Origin: Stellaceae bacterium
GTDB lineage: Bacteria; Pseudomonadota; Alphaproteobacteria; ATCC43930; CGMCC-115725
Assembly (NCBI GenBank): GCA_035280245.1
Contig: DATEGF010000007.1
Location: 660 to 32,659, forward strand
Reading direction: 5' to 3'
Length of the DNA stretch: 32,000 nt
In this document: positions 8,381 through 16,108 of the stretch, piece by piece
Position numbering within the stretch: position 1 is the first letter of the stretch
How the letters are laid out: every line of letters begins with the position of its first letter
Program-made: the position numbers and the translations under genes
Notes under the pieces: model-generated
Database searches by the model: none
What the model was told of the DNA's origin: nothing
What the model saw: the letters and a program-made list of their open reading frames with translations, nothing else

Positions 8381-8695
8381 GTGGGCGACGACTACAATAG
8401 ACAGCTTGCCGCGGCTGGCGGCGCCGAGCGCAAGGGCGGCGAGGCGACCATCGAGGATCCCGCACGCGCCGAGAACCTGCGCTGGCAGACACGGCCCGCG
8501 CCGCTCACCGACGCCGAGAGCGCGCTCGCGGACGCTCTGCAATCGATCTTCACCGAGGAGGTCTACGACCTCGGCGGCATCGTCGAGCGGCTCAACCGGA
8601 TGAAGATCGCGCCGCCCGCCTCCGCATCGGCGTGGACCGAGGAGAGTTTCCGCGGGGAGCTCCGGCGGCTCGCGGGCTTGACCGGCGGCTCGTGA
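8381..8695 (+). CDS. Small (104-aa) hypothetical protein, possibly a recombinase-like helix-turn-helix protein
   Basis: GTG start at 8381, preceded by GAGGA 8 nt upstream. There is a strong G/C bias at third codon positions throughout. The gene ends 13 nt before the Rieske gene. The C-terminal segment LNRMKIAPPASASAWTEESFRGELRRL resembles the 'LN..gi.tp.g..Wt...v..iL' segment of serine-recombinase accessory domains; this is recalled from memory and not verified. Confidence 0.6.
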   Translation: MGDDYNRQLAAAGGAERKGGEATIEDPARAENLRWQTRPAPLTDAESALADALQSIFTEEVYDLGGIVERLNRMKIAPPASASAWTEESFRGELRRLAGLTGGS

Positions 8696-8708
8696 TCGGG
8701 AGAGGTTG

Positions 8709-9764
8709 ATGTCCATGTCTGCTGGTGCTGCGAGGAGCGCCGCCGTGGAGCGGCTGGTGGAGCTGGGGGTTCGGAACTATTGGTATCCGATCGCCGCGAG
8801 CTATCAGGTGCACCAGGCGCCGGTCGGCCTCACGCGCCTCGGCGAGCAGATCGTGGTCTGGCGCGATGGCGACGGGACCGTCCACGCGCTCGAGGACCGC
8901 TGCCCGCATCGTGGCGCGAGGCTGTCGCTCGGCTGGAATCTCGGCGATCGCATCGCCTGCTCCTATCACGGCGTCGAAGTCACGGCGGCTGGCACGGTCG
9001 CGTCCGTGCCCGCGGTGCACAGCTCCGGGCTCGAGGGGCGCCAGTGCGTCAAATCCTATCCCTGCATCGAGCGGCACGGTGCAATCTTCGCCTGGTTCGG
9101 CGACGCGCTGCATCCGGAGCCGGCGCCGCTGACGCTGCCGGACGAGCTCGCGAGCGACGACTGGGGACATATCCTCTGCACCGCGCATTGGCGCTGCAAT
9201 TACGGCTACGCCATCGACAACGTCATGGACCCGATGCATGGGACCTATCTCCATGCCATCTCGCACTCGATGGCCCAAGGGGACAAGACGGCCGTCATGC
9301 GCACGACCAAGACCGAGACCGGCCTCATGTTCGAGAAAGAGGGCCAGCGCGACGTCAATTTCGATTGGGTGGAGTTCGGCGATACCGGCGCACTCTGGCT
9401 GCGGCTCCACATCCCCTACGGGAAGGGCGCCGGGCCGGGCGGCAGCTTCGCGATCGTGGGGCTCGTGACGCCGGTGGATGAGCGGAACTGCCGCGTCTTC
9501 TTCTGGCGCTGCCGGAAGGTCCAGGGCTGGCAGCGCGACGTCTGGCGCTTCCTCTATCGCGCGCGGCTCGAGGGCCTGCATTGGCACGTGCTCGAGCAGG
9601 ATCGCGTCGTGCTCGAAACCCTGCCGAACGATGCGCGCGAGCGCGAGTTCCTCTACCAGCACGACAGCGGGTTGTCGCGCGTACGGCGCATCATCCGGCA
9701 GAAGGCCGAGGCACAGGTCGAGGCTTGCGCCTCCGCCGGCGTCGGCGAGTTCGCCGCCGACTGA
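8709..9764 (+). CDS. Rieske [2Fe-2S] non-haem-iron oxygenase, alpha-subunit/monooxygenase type
   Basis: Rieske motif CPHRGARLSLGWNLGDRIACSYHG and mononuclear iron motif DNVMDPMHGTYLH (D-x2-H-x4-H). The ATG at 8709 follows GGGAGAGG. The track's TTG at 8706 is an alternative start. Confidence 0.9.
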   Translation: MSMSAGAARSAAVERLVELGVRNYWYPIAASYQVHQAPVGLTRLGEQIVVWRDGDGTVHALEDRCPHRGARLSLGWNLGDRIACSYHGVEVTAAGTVASVPAVHSSGLEGRQCVKSYPCIERHGAIFAWFGDALHPEPAPLTLPDELASDDWGHILCTAHWRCNYGYAIDNVMDPMHGTYLHAISHSMAQGDKTAVMRTTKTETGLMFEKEGQRDVNFDWVEFGDTGALWLRLHIPYGKGAGPGGSFAIVGLVTPVDERNCRVFFWRCRKVQGWQRDVWRFLYRARLEGLHWHVLEQDRVVLETLPNDAREREFLYQHDSGLSRVRRIIRQKAEAQVEACASAGVGEFAAD

Positions 9765-10514
9765 TCAGCCGAAGATCGGCTTTCCCGGACCGCCGGCCGC
9801 GGCCTCGCGCGCGGCGAGCTTGCGGCAGAAATAGTTCCAGGAATGATCCCAGTGGACGGGGGTCATGATCTGGCCGTTGCGCTTGCGTCGAATGGCGAGG
9901 CTCGGCATGGATGTGGCGAAGCCCGCGCTCAGGCCGGCGATCTGCGCCTTGCAGGCCATCTCGAGGAAAATGCCGACACACACGGCGTGGGCGAGCGTGG
10001 TGCCGCAAAACGTCACGCCGTGATTGCCCATCAGGGCGGCAAAGGCCGGGCCCAGGCTCTTCGCGAGCGCGGCGCCTTCTGCCTTGGTGGTGATGAGCGC
10101 CACGTCGTCCTCGTGGCGCGGCACCTCGATGAAATAATCGGCGGCGAGCGTGAAAGGCTTCAGCGGCTCGGTCGAGGCAGAGAACACGCTGGCGTAGAAC
10201 GGGTGCGTGTGCACGACGACCTGGACGTCCGGCCTCGCCCTCAAGATCTCCGAGTGGATCGGCCACTCGCTGTGGCGGCCGCCCTCGCCGGCGCGCTTGT
10301 TGCCATACCAATCGACGAGGACGAAGTCGTCGGGCCCCAGGATCTCGCCGAGACCCATCCGGTTCCGTTTCATCCAGAAGCCGCGGCCCTGGGGATCGCG
10401 CAACGACAAATGCCCCAGCGTCATCTCGCCGTGCCCTTCCATCTCGAGCACGCGGCACGCGCGCGCACACTCCGTCAGGGCGTCGGTCAGCTCGGTCGCG
10501 TCGATTGCGTCCAT
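9765..10514 (-). CDS. Class II aldolase/adducin-family protein
   Basis: Family motif HSEWPIHSEILRARPDVQVVVHTHPFYASVF with His metal ligands. I chose the ATG at 10514 (MDAIDATELT...) because AAGGA lies upstream of it and the upstream gene ends at 10528. The 275-aa listing extends into that gene. Confidence 0.85.
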   Translation of the reverse strand: MDAIDATELTDALTECARACRVLEMEGHGEMTLGHLSLRDPQGRGFWMKRNRMGLGEILGPDDFVLVDWYGNKRAGEGGRHSEWPIHSEILRARPDVQVVVHTHPFYASVFSASTEPLKPFTLAADYFIEVPRHEDDVALITTKAEGAALAKSLGPAFAALMGNHGVTFCGTTLAHAVCVGIFLEMACKAQIAGLSAGFATSMPSLAIRRKRNGQIMTPVHWDHSWNYFCRKLAAREAAAGGPGKPIFG

Positions 10515-10527
10515 TCCGTCCTTCGCG

Positions 10528-11157
10528 TCAGGCGTGATGCCCGTCCTTGAACTCGTAGCCGAAGATGTTGCGCTTGGTGAGGCGCTCGACATGGCGGCCG
10601 AAGCGGAATTTCATCTCCGGTCCCTCGAAGGGCGGATGCGGGAGCTTCTGCTCGGCCTCAGTGAAGGGCTCGACCTCCAGCACGACGAAGGTGTAACGCG
10701 GCGTATTCGCGAGCACCGCGTTGTCGAACCCGCTCTCCAGCGAGGCGATGCTGTCGAAGCTGAAGACATGCGCGAGCCCCATGCCGCGGGCGATCGCGGC
10801 GTAATCATTCCGCTGCTGGTTCGGCAGCCCGGCATTCCCGGTGGCACCGTAGCGGCGGTTCGAGATCAGGAAATGCGTGAGGTTCGGCAGGTCCAGGTCG
10901 CGCTCGACCATGAGGGCGCCCGGGTTCATGCAGAAGGCGCCGTCGCCCATGAAGGTCCAGATCTTCTGCTCCGGTAATGCCAGCGCCAGGCCCGACGCAA
11001 ACATGGTCGAAAGACTCATGGAGGCATCGAGATAGAAAGTCGCCTCGGTGTCGGCGGTGGCGGCCCACCAGGCTTGCCCGGAATTGCCCGCCGAGGTTAC
11101 CACGAGCTGGTCGGTGCGGCGCTTGGCGAGAAAGCGGATGCAATCGATGTATTTCAC
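10528..11157 (-). CDS. TPP-dependent decarboxylase beta subunit (PP domain; ComE/sulfopyruvate- or phosphonopyruvate-decarboxylase-like)
   Basis: 209 aa containing only the diphosphate-binding domain, with the motif GDGAFCMNPGALMVE...LISNRRYG. Confidence 0.85.
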   Translation of the reverse strand: MKYIDCIRFLAKRRTDQLVVTSAGNSGQAWWAATADTEATFYLDASMSLSTMFASGLALALPEQKIWTFMGDGAFCMNPGALMVERDLDLPNLTHFLISNRRYGATGNAGLPNQQRNDYAAIARGMGLAHVFSFDSIASLESGFDNAVLANTPRYTFVVLEVEPFTEAEQKLPHPPFEGPEMKFRFGRHVERLTKRNIFGYEFKDGHHA

Positions 11158-11179
11158 GGCTGTCGCTCCTCTGGCGCGT

Positions 11180-11683
11180 CTAGCGGAGGAGATCGCGGGT
11201 CAGGGCGACCAGCGACGACCGGTAGAAGGTTCGGGAATGCCGATAGGCCCGCGACAGCATCGGAATCTCCTCGGGCTTGTCGATGATCGTGCAGGGAATG
11301 TCGATGGCGTCGATCACCCGCCGCAGATAGATGGAATTGGAGACATGGTGCCGATTCGGATCGCCGACCGCGCCGCGGAGCGTGATCACGTAGAAGACCG
11401 GGATCTCATAGGTGTAGTTGATCTTGGTGATCGCGTAAGGGAGGGTCATGAACCCGGAGGCGCCCATGAGCGCCACGGCTCCGGTTCCCCCCATGAAGGC
11501 GCCGGAGCAGATGGCGACCGCGGCCTCCTCGCGATTGACCGGGACATGGGTGAAGCGCTTGTCGCGGTCGAGCAGGTCGATCAGGGGGTTGATCCAGTTG
11601 TCGGGCAGGCTCGCCACCAGCTTGATCCCGGAGGATGCGAACTCGTCGGCAATGCGTTTTGCGATCTCGGCTTGCTTGCTCAT
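11180..11683 (-). CDS. TPP-dependent decarboxylase alpha subunit (PYR domain; ComD-like)
   Basis: Internal ATG at 11683 (MSKQAEIAKRIADEFASSGIKLVASLP...NREEAAVAICSGAFMGG), 167 aa. This is a PYR domain only, with the catalytic Glu context. The ATG overlaps the stop of the upstream Moco-subunit gene (ATGA). Confidence 0.85.
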   Translation of the reverse strand: MSKQAEIAKRIADEFASSGIKLVASLPDNWINPLIDLLDRDKRFTHVPVNREEAAVAICSGAFMGGTGAVALMGASGFMTLPYAITKINYTYEIPVFYVITLRGAVGDPNRHHVSNSIYLRRVIDAIDIPCTIIDKPEEIPMLSRAYRHSRTFYRSSLVALTRDLLR

Positions 11684-14049
11684 GATCCCTTCGAATGCTC
11701 CTTCGCGTCGCGGAGCGCGCGCCAGACAGTGTGGGAGTTCATCGGCATCTCGACGTGACGCACGCCCAGGTCCCAGAGCGCGTCGACCACGGCATTGCCG
11801 ATCGCCGCGGGCGCACCGATGGTGCCGCTCTCGCTGGCACCCTTGACGCCGAGCGGATTGCTCGGCGCGGGGCTGGCGATGAACCCTGATCTCAGAGCCG
11901 GCATGTCGTCGGCGCGCGGCATTCCGTAGTCGAGAAAGCTCGCCGTGAGCAGCTGGCCGCTCCGGGGATCGTAGACGATCTGCTCGGAGAGTGCTTGTCC
12001 GATGCCTTGGGCGAGGCCGCCATGGACCTGGCCTTCGACCAGCAACGGATTGATGATCGTGCCGGCGTCGTCGATCGTGAAGTAGTCCGTGACCCTCACG
12101 GTCCCGGTCTCGATGTCGACGATCACCACCGCGAGATGAAGCGCCGAGGGATCGTTGAAATCGGGCGGGTCGTGATAGACCGTCGCCTCGAGTCCGGGCT
12201 CGATGCCCGTCGGCAGCCACGCCAGATAAGCAATGTTCGCCACGTCGGCGAAGCTCACGGCGCGGTTGGTCTTGCGCGACGAGAAGACCTGGTCGCTGTA
12301 GAGCAGGTCGGCCTCGTCGCACTCGAGCTCGGCGGCGGCAATGCGCCGGGCTTTTGCCATGACCTCGGCCGTGGCGCGATGGAGTGCCGCGCCGCCCACC
12401 GAGATCGACCGCCCACCCCAGGTGCCGTTGCCGAAGGGCACGCGCTCGGTGTCGCCCTCGATCACCTCGACGTCCTTGATGTTCAGGCCCATGCAATCCG
12501 CGACGATCGCGGCATAGGTCGTCTCGTGCCCCTGGCCGTGGGCGAAGGTCCCGACAAGGGCGCGGACGCGGCCGTCGCTCTGCACGCGGACCACCGCCAC
12601 CTCATAGCCCGCATGCAATCCGCCCTTGGCCTTGAGGTTCTTGCTAGGGCCCGTGCCGGCCTTGTCGAAGAAACCCGCAAGGCCGATGCCCATGTAGACG
12701 CCCTGCGCGCGCTGCGCCCGCTGCCGCTGCCGCAGCTCAGCGTAGGACGAGAGCGTCACCAGCCGCTCGAGCATCAAGGGCGGATCGCCGCTGTCGTGGA
12801 CGCGGCCCGCGGCCGACGCATAGGGAAATTCGTGCTTCTGGATGAGGTTCCGGCGGCGCACCTCGACGACGTCGAGGCCCATCTCGCGCGCGCCATTCTC
12901 CAGGAGCCGCTCGACCACCCAAGTCGCTTCCGGGCGCCCGGAGCCGCGGTAGGGGCCGGTCGGCGAGGTATTCGTATAGACCGATCGGATGCGCAGCCAG
13001 AGCGCCGGTGCCCGGTAGAGGCCGCCAATGGTGTGCGGGTAGGAATTCCCGGGGATGCTCGGACCGAAGGGGCTGATGTAGCCGCCGAGCGCCGCCAGCG
13101 TATCGACCTCGAGCCCTAGAATTGTGCCCTCGGCGTCGAAGGCCATGCGCGCGGTGGTGGCGTGGTCACGCGCATGGGTCTGGGTCAGGAATTCCTCGGA
13201 TCGCGTCGACGTCCATTTGACGGGGCGGCGCAGCTCGCGCGCCATCCAGACCACGATGGACACCTCCGGCTGGAGCGTGCCCTTGGCGCCGAAGCTCCCG
13301 CCCACATCCGGAGCGATCACCCTGAGCTTGTCCTCCGGAATGAACAGCGTCTGCTTGCAGAGCCACTGCCGGAGATTGTGCGGCATCTGGACGGTCGCCC
13401 AGAGCGTCGTCTGGTCCGCGCCGTCGTCGTGGATCGCGGCGAAGGCGAAGGGCTCGAGCGGCATCGGCGCGACGCGTCTCGAGTCCAGCCTGAGCGACGT
13501 GACGTGCGCGGCACGCGCGAAGGTGGCATCGGTGACGGCGCGATCGCCTTTGACGATCTCGTTGACGAGATTGGTGCCGAATTGCGCGTGCAGGATGGGC
13601 GCGTCCGCATCGAGGGCTCGCGCGGTGTCGGTAACGGCGGGGAGCTCCTCGTAGTCGATCTCGACCGCCTCGGCCCCGTCCATTGCCGCGTATCGGCTCG
13701 TCGCGACGACGGCGGCCACCGGCTCGCCGACGTGGCAGACCTTGTCGCGCGCCAGGATCGGGCGCATCGCCTCGTTCATCCGCCGCCCGTCCGAGAAATG
13801 CATCGGGTGCAGGCTCGCCATCTTGCCAAGCCCGGCCGCATCCCAATCCGCGGCGACCAGCACGCTCAGCACGCCCGGCACCTGCTCGGCGCTCGTCTTG
13901 TCGATCGAGCGGATGCGCGCGTGCGGATGCGGGCTGCGGACGAAGCTCAGCCACGCCATATCGGGCGCGCTCACGTCGTCGACGAAGCGCCCGCGGCCGC
14001 GAACCAGTCTCAGATCCTCGCGCCGGCGGATCGGTTGCCCGATGTACAT
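11680..14049 (-). CDS. Xanthine dehydrogenase/CO dehydrogenase (CoxL)-family molybdopterin-binding large subunit
   Basis: 789 aa. The N-terminus MYIGQPIRRREDLRLVRGRGRFVDDV is typical of the family. There is an internal YRGSGRPE segment, which is not the form-I CODH VAYRCSFR motif. A C-terminal KGASESGTIGAPAAIGNAV segment holds the conserved active-site Glu context. Confidence 0.9.
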   Translation of the reverse strand: MYIGQPIRRREDLRLVRGRGRFVDDVSAPDMAWLSFVRSPHPHARIRSIDKTSAEQVPGVLSVLVAADWDAAGLGKMASLHPMHFSDGRRMNEAMRPILARDKVCHVGEPVAAVVATSRYAAMDGAEAVEIDYEELPAVTDTARALDADAPILHAQFGTNLVNEIVKGDRAVTDATFARAAHVTSLRLDSRRVAPMPLEPFAFAAIHDDGADQTTLWATVQMPHNLRQWLCKQTLFIPEDKLRVIAPDVGGSFGAKGTLQPEVSIVVWMARELRRPVKWTSTRSEEFLTQTHARDHATTARMAFDAEGTILGLEVDTLAALGGYISPFGPSIPGNSYPHTIGGLYRAPALWLRIRSVYTNTSPTGPYRGSGRPEATWVVERLLENGAREMGLDVVEVRRRNLIQKHEFPYASAAGRVHDSGDPPLMLERLVTLSSYAELRQRQRAQRAQGVYMGIGLAGFFDKAGTGPSKNLKAKGGLHAGYEVAVVRVQSDGRVRALVGTFAHGQGHETTYAAIVADCMGLNIKDVEVIEGDTERVPFGNGTWGGRSISVGGAALHRATAEVMAKARRIAAAELECDEADLLYSDQVFSSRKTNRAVSFADVANIAYLAWLPTGIEPGLEATVYHDPPDFNDPSALHLAVVIVDIETGTVRVTDYFTIDDAGTIINPLLVEGQVHGGLAQGIGQALSEQIVYDPRSGQLLTASFLDYGMPRADDMPALRSGFIASPAPSNPLGVKGASESGTIGAPAAIGNAVVDALWDLGVRHVEMPMNSHTVWRALRDAKEHSKGS

Positions 14050-14125
14050 GCCGCTAGTCCACCGAGACCGGAGAGATCGAGCACATGAGGGAAGCTTGCT
14101 TGCGCACCCGCGCCATCAAAGTAAA

Positions 14126-14166
14126 GGGTGGGTCACATATTCCATATATGGAACATGCGCCCACCC
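14126..14166. promoter_or_regulatory. Candidate operator: 41-bp nested palindrome with a perfect TTCCATATATGGAA core
   Basis: The perfect 14-bp palindrome at 14140-14153 is flanked by GGGTGGG (14126-14132) and CCCACCC (14160-14166). The inner spacers are partly complementary, with a one-nt asymmetry. It lies about 90 bp upstream of the start codon at 14049 (- strand). Confidence 0.5.
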
Positions 14167-14222
14167 AATAACAGGATAGCGAGGTCGACCTGTCAAGCGA
14201 CAGGCCGCGAGAACGGCGCGAG

Positions 14223-15122
14223 CTACTGGTCGAGCTCGTAGGATTTGTCGCTGAGGAGCTTGTCCATGAAGCCCGCGGGCAGATCGTGCCAGGGATCGTC
14301 GGCCTTGCCGATCTCCGTGACCCGCGGCTGGATCAGCCCGGCGTCGCCGAATGGAAAGTCGGGCTCGATGCCGTACCACTTTACATAGAGCTTCTGGAAC
14401 GTGCCCTCGACCCACATCCGCTGCAGCGCCCAGTTGAGCCACTTGCGCCACTTCGAATCGTCGTCGCGCACCATGATGGCGTCGGGCGAGCTCGCCCACG
14501 GCACGCCCGCGACCTGGATGCCGCCGGACTTGACGAAGCGCGCCGCGAGGAAGCTCCCGGTGATGTAGGCGTCGATCTGCTTGTTCTTGAGTGCCACGAC
14601 GACGTCGCCCTCGTCCTGGAACAGCTTGAATTGCGCCTGCGGCGAGAGGAGTTTCCAGCGGTCAACGAACCCGTTGCCCTGGGTGGCGCCGATCACCTTG
14701 CTGGAATTCGCGTAGTCCTTGAGGTCGGTGCTGTCGCCGGTCCGGACCACCAGGACGCCGTTATCCATGATATAGGTGAGCGCGAAATCCACCACCTCGT
14801 TGCGCACCTTGTTGGGCGTGGTGACGGCCACCTCGGCGTCGATGCGTCCCGTCTGCAGCAAGGGTACGCGCGAGGCCGCGGTCACCTGCACGAATTGCAG
14901 CGTGACGCCGAGCCGGCGCGACAGGTAGCGCGCAACGTCGGCGCAGTAGCCCATGGTGTGGCCTTGCGCGTCGACATAGCCGCTCGGCGGCGAATCCGCG
15001 GTGATGCCTGCGATGAACTGGCCGCGCTTGAGCACGGTCTCCAGCGCGGATTCTGCGTGAGCGGCGGGAGCGAGTAGAACCACGATCAGGGTTCCGCAGA
15101 GAGCGGACAGCACGCGGCGCAT
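14223..15122 (-). CDS. Periplasmic substrate-binding protein, family 3 (polar amino-acid-type)
   Basis: Internal ATG at 15122, preceded by GGAAGGAAGG. Sec signal peptide MRRVLSALCGTLIVVLLAPAAHA|ES. The mature part looks like SBP_bac_3 (...GYCADVARYLSRRLGV...DAEVAVTTPN...). Confidence 0.85.
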   Translation of the reverse strand: MRRVLSALCGTLIVVLLAPAAHAESALETVLKRGQFIAGITADSPPSGYVDAQGHTMGYCADVARYLSRRLGVTLQFVQVTAASRVPLLQTGRIDAEVAVTTPNKVRNEVVDFALTYIMDNGVLVVRTGDSTDLKDYANSSKVIGATQGNGFVDRWKLLSPQAQFKLFQDEGDVVVALKNKQIDAYITGSFLAARFVKSGGIQVAGVPWASSPDAIMVRDDDSKWRKWLNWALQRMWVEGTFQKLYVKWYGIEPDFPFGDAGLIQPRVTEIGKADDPWHDLPAGFMDKLLSDKSYELDQ

Positions 15123-15291
15123 GGCAGGGACCTTCCTTCCTGAGACCGACCGGTTTGGAATCCGGCGGCGAGACGATCGACTGAGAGTGACCGTGGCGTG
15201 GAAGCGGGTCAATCGGAAGTGTCGACTAAGTGTGCGGGACGCCGACCTCGCTCGCGAATTCAATCGGCGCCGACACCGCGATCCGCCGCAG

Positions 15292-16035
15292 TCACGCCGG
15301 CCCGAATATCTGCACTCCCAGTGGAAGGCTTTGCTTGCCGCTGGAGCCGCCGGGACAGGCCGAGATCGCGACCAGCACGCTCATCTCCGCGAGCAGGTCG
15401 ACGTAGTCGCCCTGCCTGGCGTCGGACGGCAGGTAGAAAGGCTTGCCGGAAGCATTGAGGCCCGTGGTCATGAAGACGTTGAAGGGGTCGTGGACGTCGC
15501 CGGGGGCGAGCCCGAAGGGTGCGATTGCCTCGACCAGATTATCGTTGCAATTGGCGTGGCCGCCGACCCGTTTGTGCACGAGCTCATAGAGCCGCGCGTC
15601 GCACCGGCAGAACAAGAGGTCGTGCGAGCGCGCACGGTCTGCAAGCTCGCCGTGCGCGACGGTGTCGGTGATCATGGTCATCATGGGCCGTGTCCAGGGC
15701 GGAATGCTCCAGAGCTGATCACCGACCGCGAGATGGCCGCCGTGCACGACGCGGGTTCGCGCCTGCCAGAATTTCTCGCGGAGGTCGTCGGCATTGAAGG
15801 CGATGAGATCCGCGACCTGCGGACCCTCCGGGCAGCTGAGGCGCAGGACTTCTCCCGCGGCGATCCGGAACGCGCGACCGGTCCGTGCCGGGATCACCTC
15901 GGATTTGATCAGCGGCCGCGCCGATAGGCCCTCGGACAAAGCCGCGCAGCGGGCCAGTGCGGCCTCCTTCGCGGCGGTTGGGTAACCGGACGATCCGGCG
16001 ATCGATGGCGGCGGTGTCGGCGCGTCCTGGCTCAC
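15292..16035 (-). CDS. DUF1989 (urea-carboxylase-associated/aminomethyltransferase-like) family protein
   Basis: 247 aa from the GTG at 16035, with AAGGAA 6 nt upstream. Sequence features recalled for DUF1989: IPARTGRAFRIAAGEVLRLSCPEGPQVADLIAFN...LFCRCD...HANCNDNL. The upstream 134 aa of the listed ORF run antisense to the next gene. Confidence 0.75.
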   Translation of the reverse strand: MSQDAPTPPPSIAGSSGYPTAAKEAALARCAALSEGLSARPLIKSEVIPARTGRAFRIAAGEVLRLSCPEGPQVADLIAFNADDLREKFWQARTRVVHGGHLAVGDQLWSIPPWTRPMMTMITDTVAHGELADRARSHDLLFCRCDARLYELVHKRVGGHANCNDNLVEAIAPFGLAPGDVHDPFNVFMTTGLNASGKPFYLPSDARQGDYVDLLAEMSVLVAISACPGGSSGKQSLPLGVQIFGPA

Positions 16036-16108
16036 GGCAGTTCCTTTTCGCCCGGTGGGCGGGCGGTTAAAGTTAGCGCCGACGATCACCGCCTGCCAGG
16101 GGACCGAG

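Noticed and set aside
3507-11683. The idea that the split ComDE-like decarboxylase plus the ALS-like TPP enzyme form a sulfonate route (sulfopyruvate decarboxylase followed by an Xsc-like sulfoacetaldehyde acetyltransferase).
   Set aside because: The 553-aa enzyme's N-terminus does not resemble Xsc as I recall it. No sulfite exporter, sulfite dehydrogenase, phosphotransacetylase or sulfolactate/cysteate enzymes are present. The two genes are also in different operons. The idea is too speculative to report as a finding.
14054-14116. 20-codon upstream ORF (MARVRKQASLMCSISPVSVD) in the leader of the Moco-subunit operon, ending 4 nt before the main ATG.
   Set aside because: There is no Shine-Dalgarno sequence upstream of its ATG and no run of regulatory codons. 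A 21-codon open frame in a 90-nt leader is easily chance. It would only be worth revisiting if ribosome profiling data exist.
14189-14204. Hairpin CCTGTC-aagc-GACAGG about 20 nt downstream of the binding-protein gene stop (minus strand), a possible terminator.
   Set aside because: It has only a 6-bp stem and no following U-tract on the minus strand. That is not enough to call an intrinsic terminator.
15209-15267. Direct repeat of TCAATCGG (15209-15216 and 15260-15267) in the gap upstream of the family-3 binding-protein gene.
   Set aside because: An 8-mer recurring once within about 170 bp has a roughly one-in-five chance expectation, and there is no supporting symmetry or conservation evidence.
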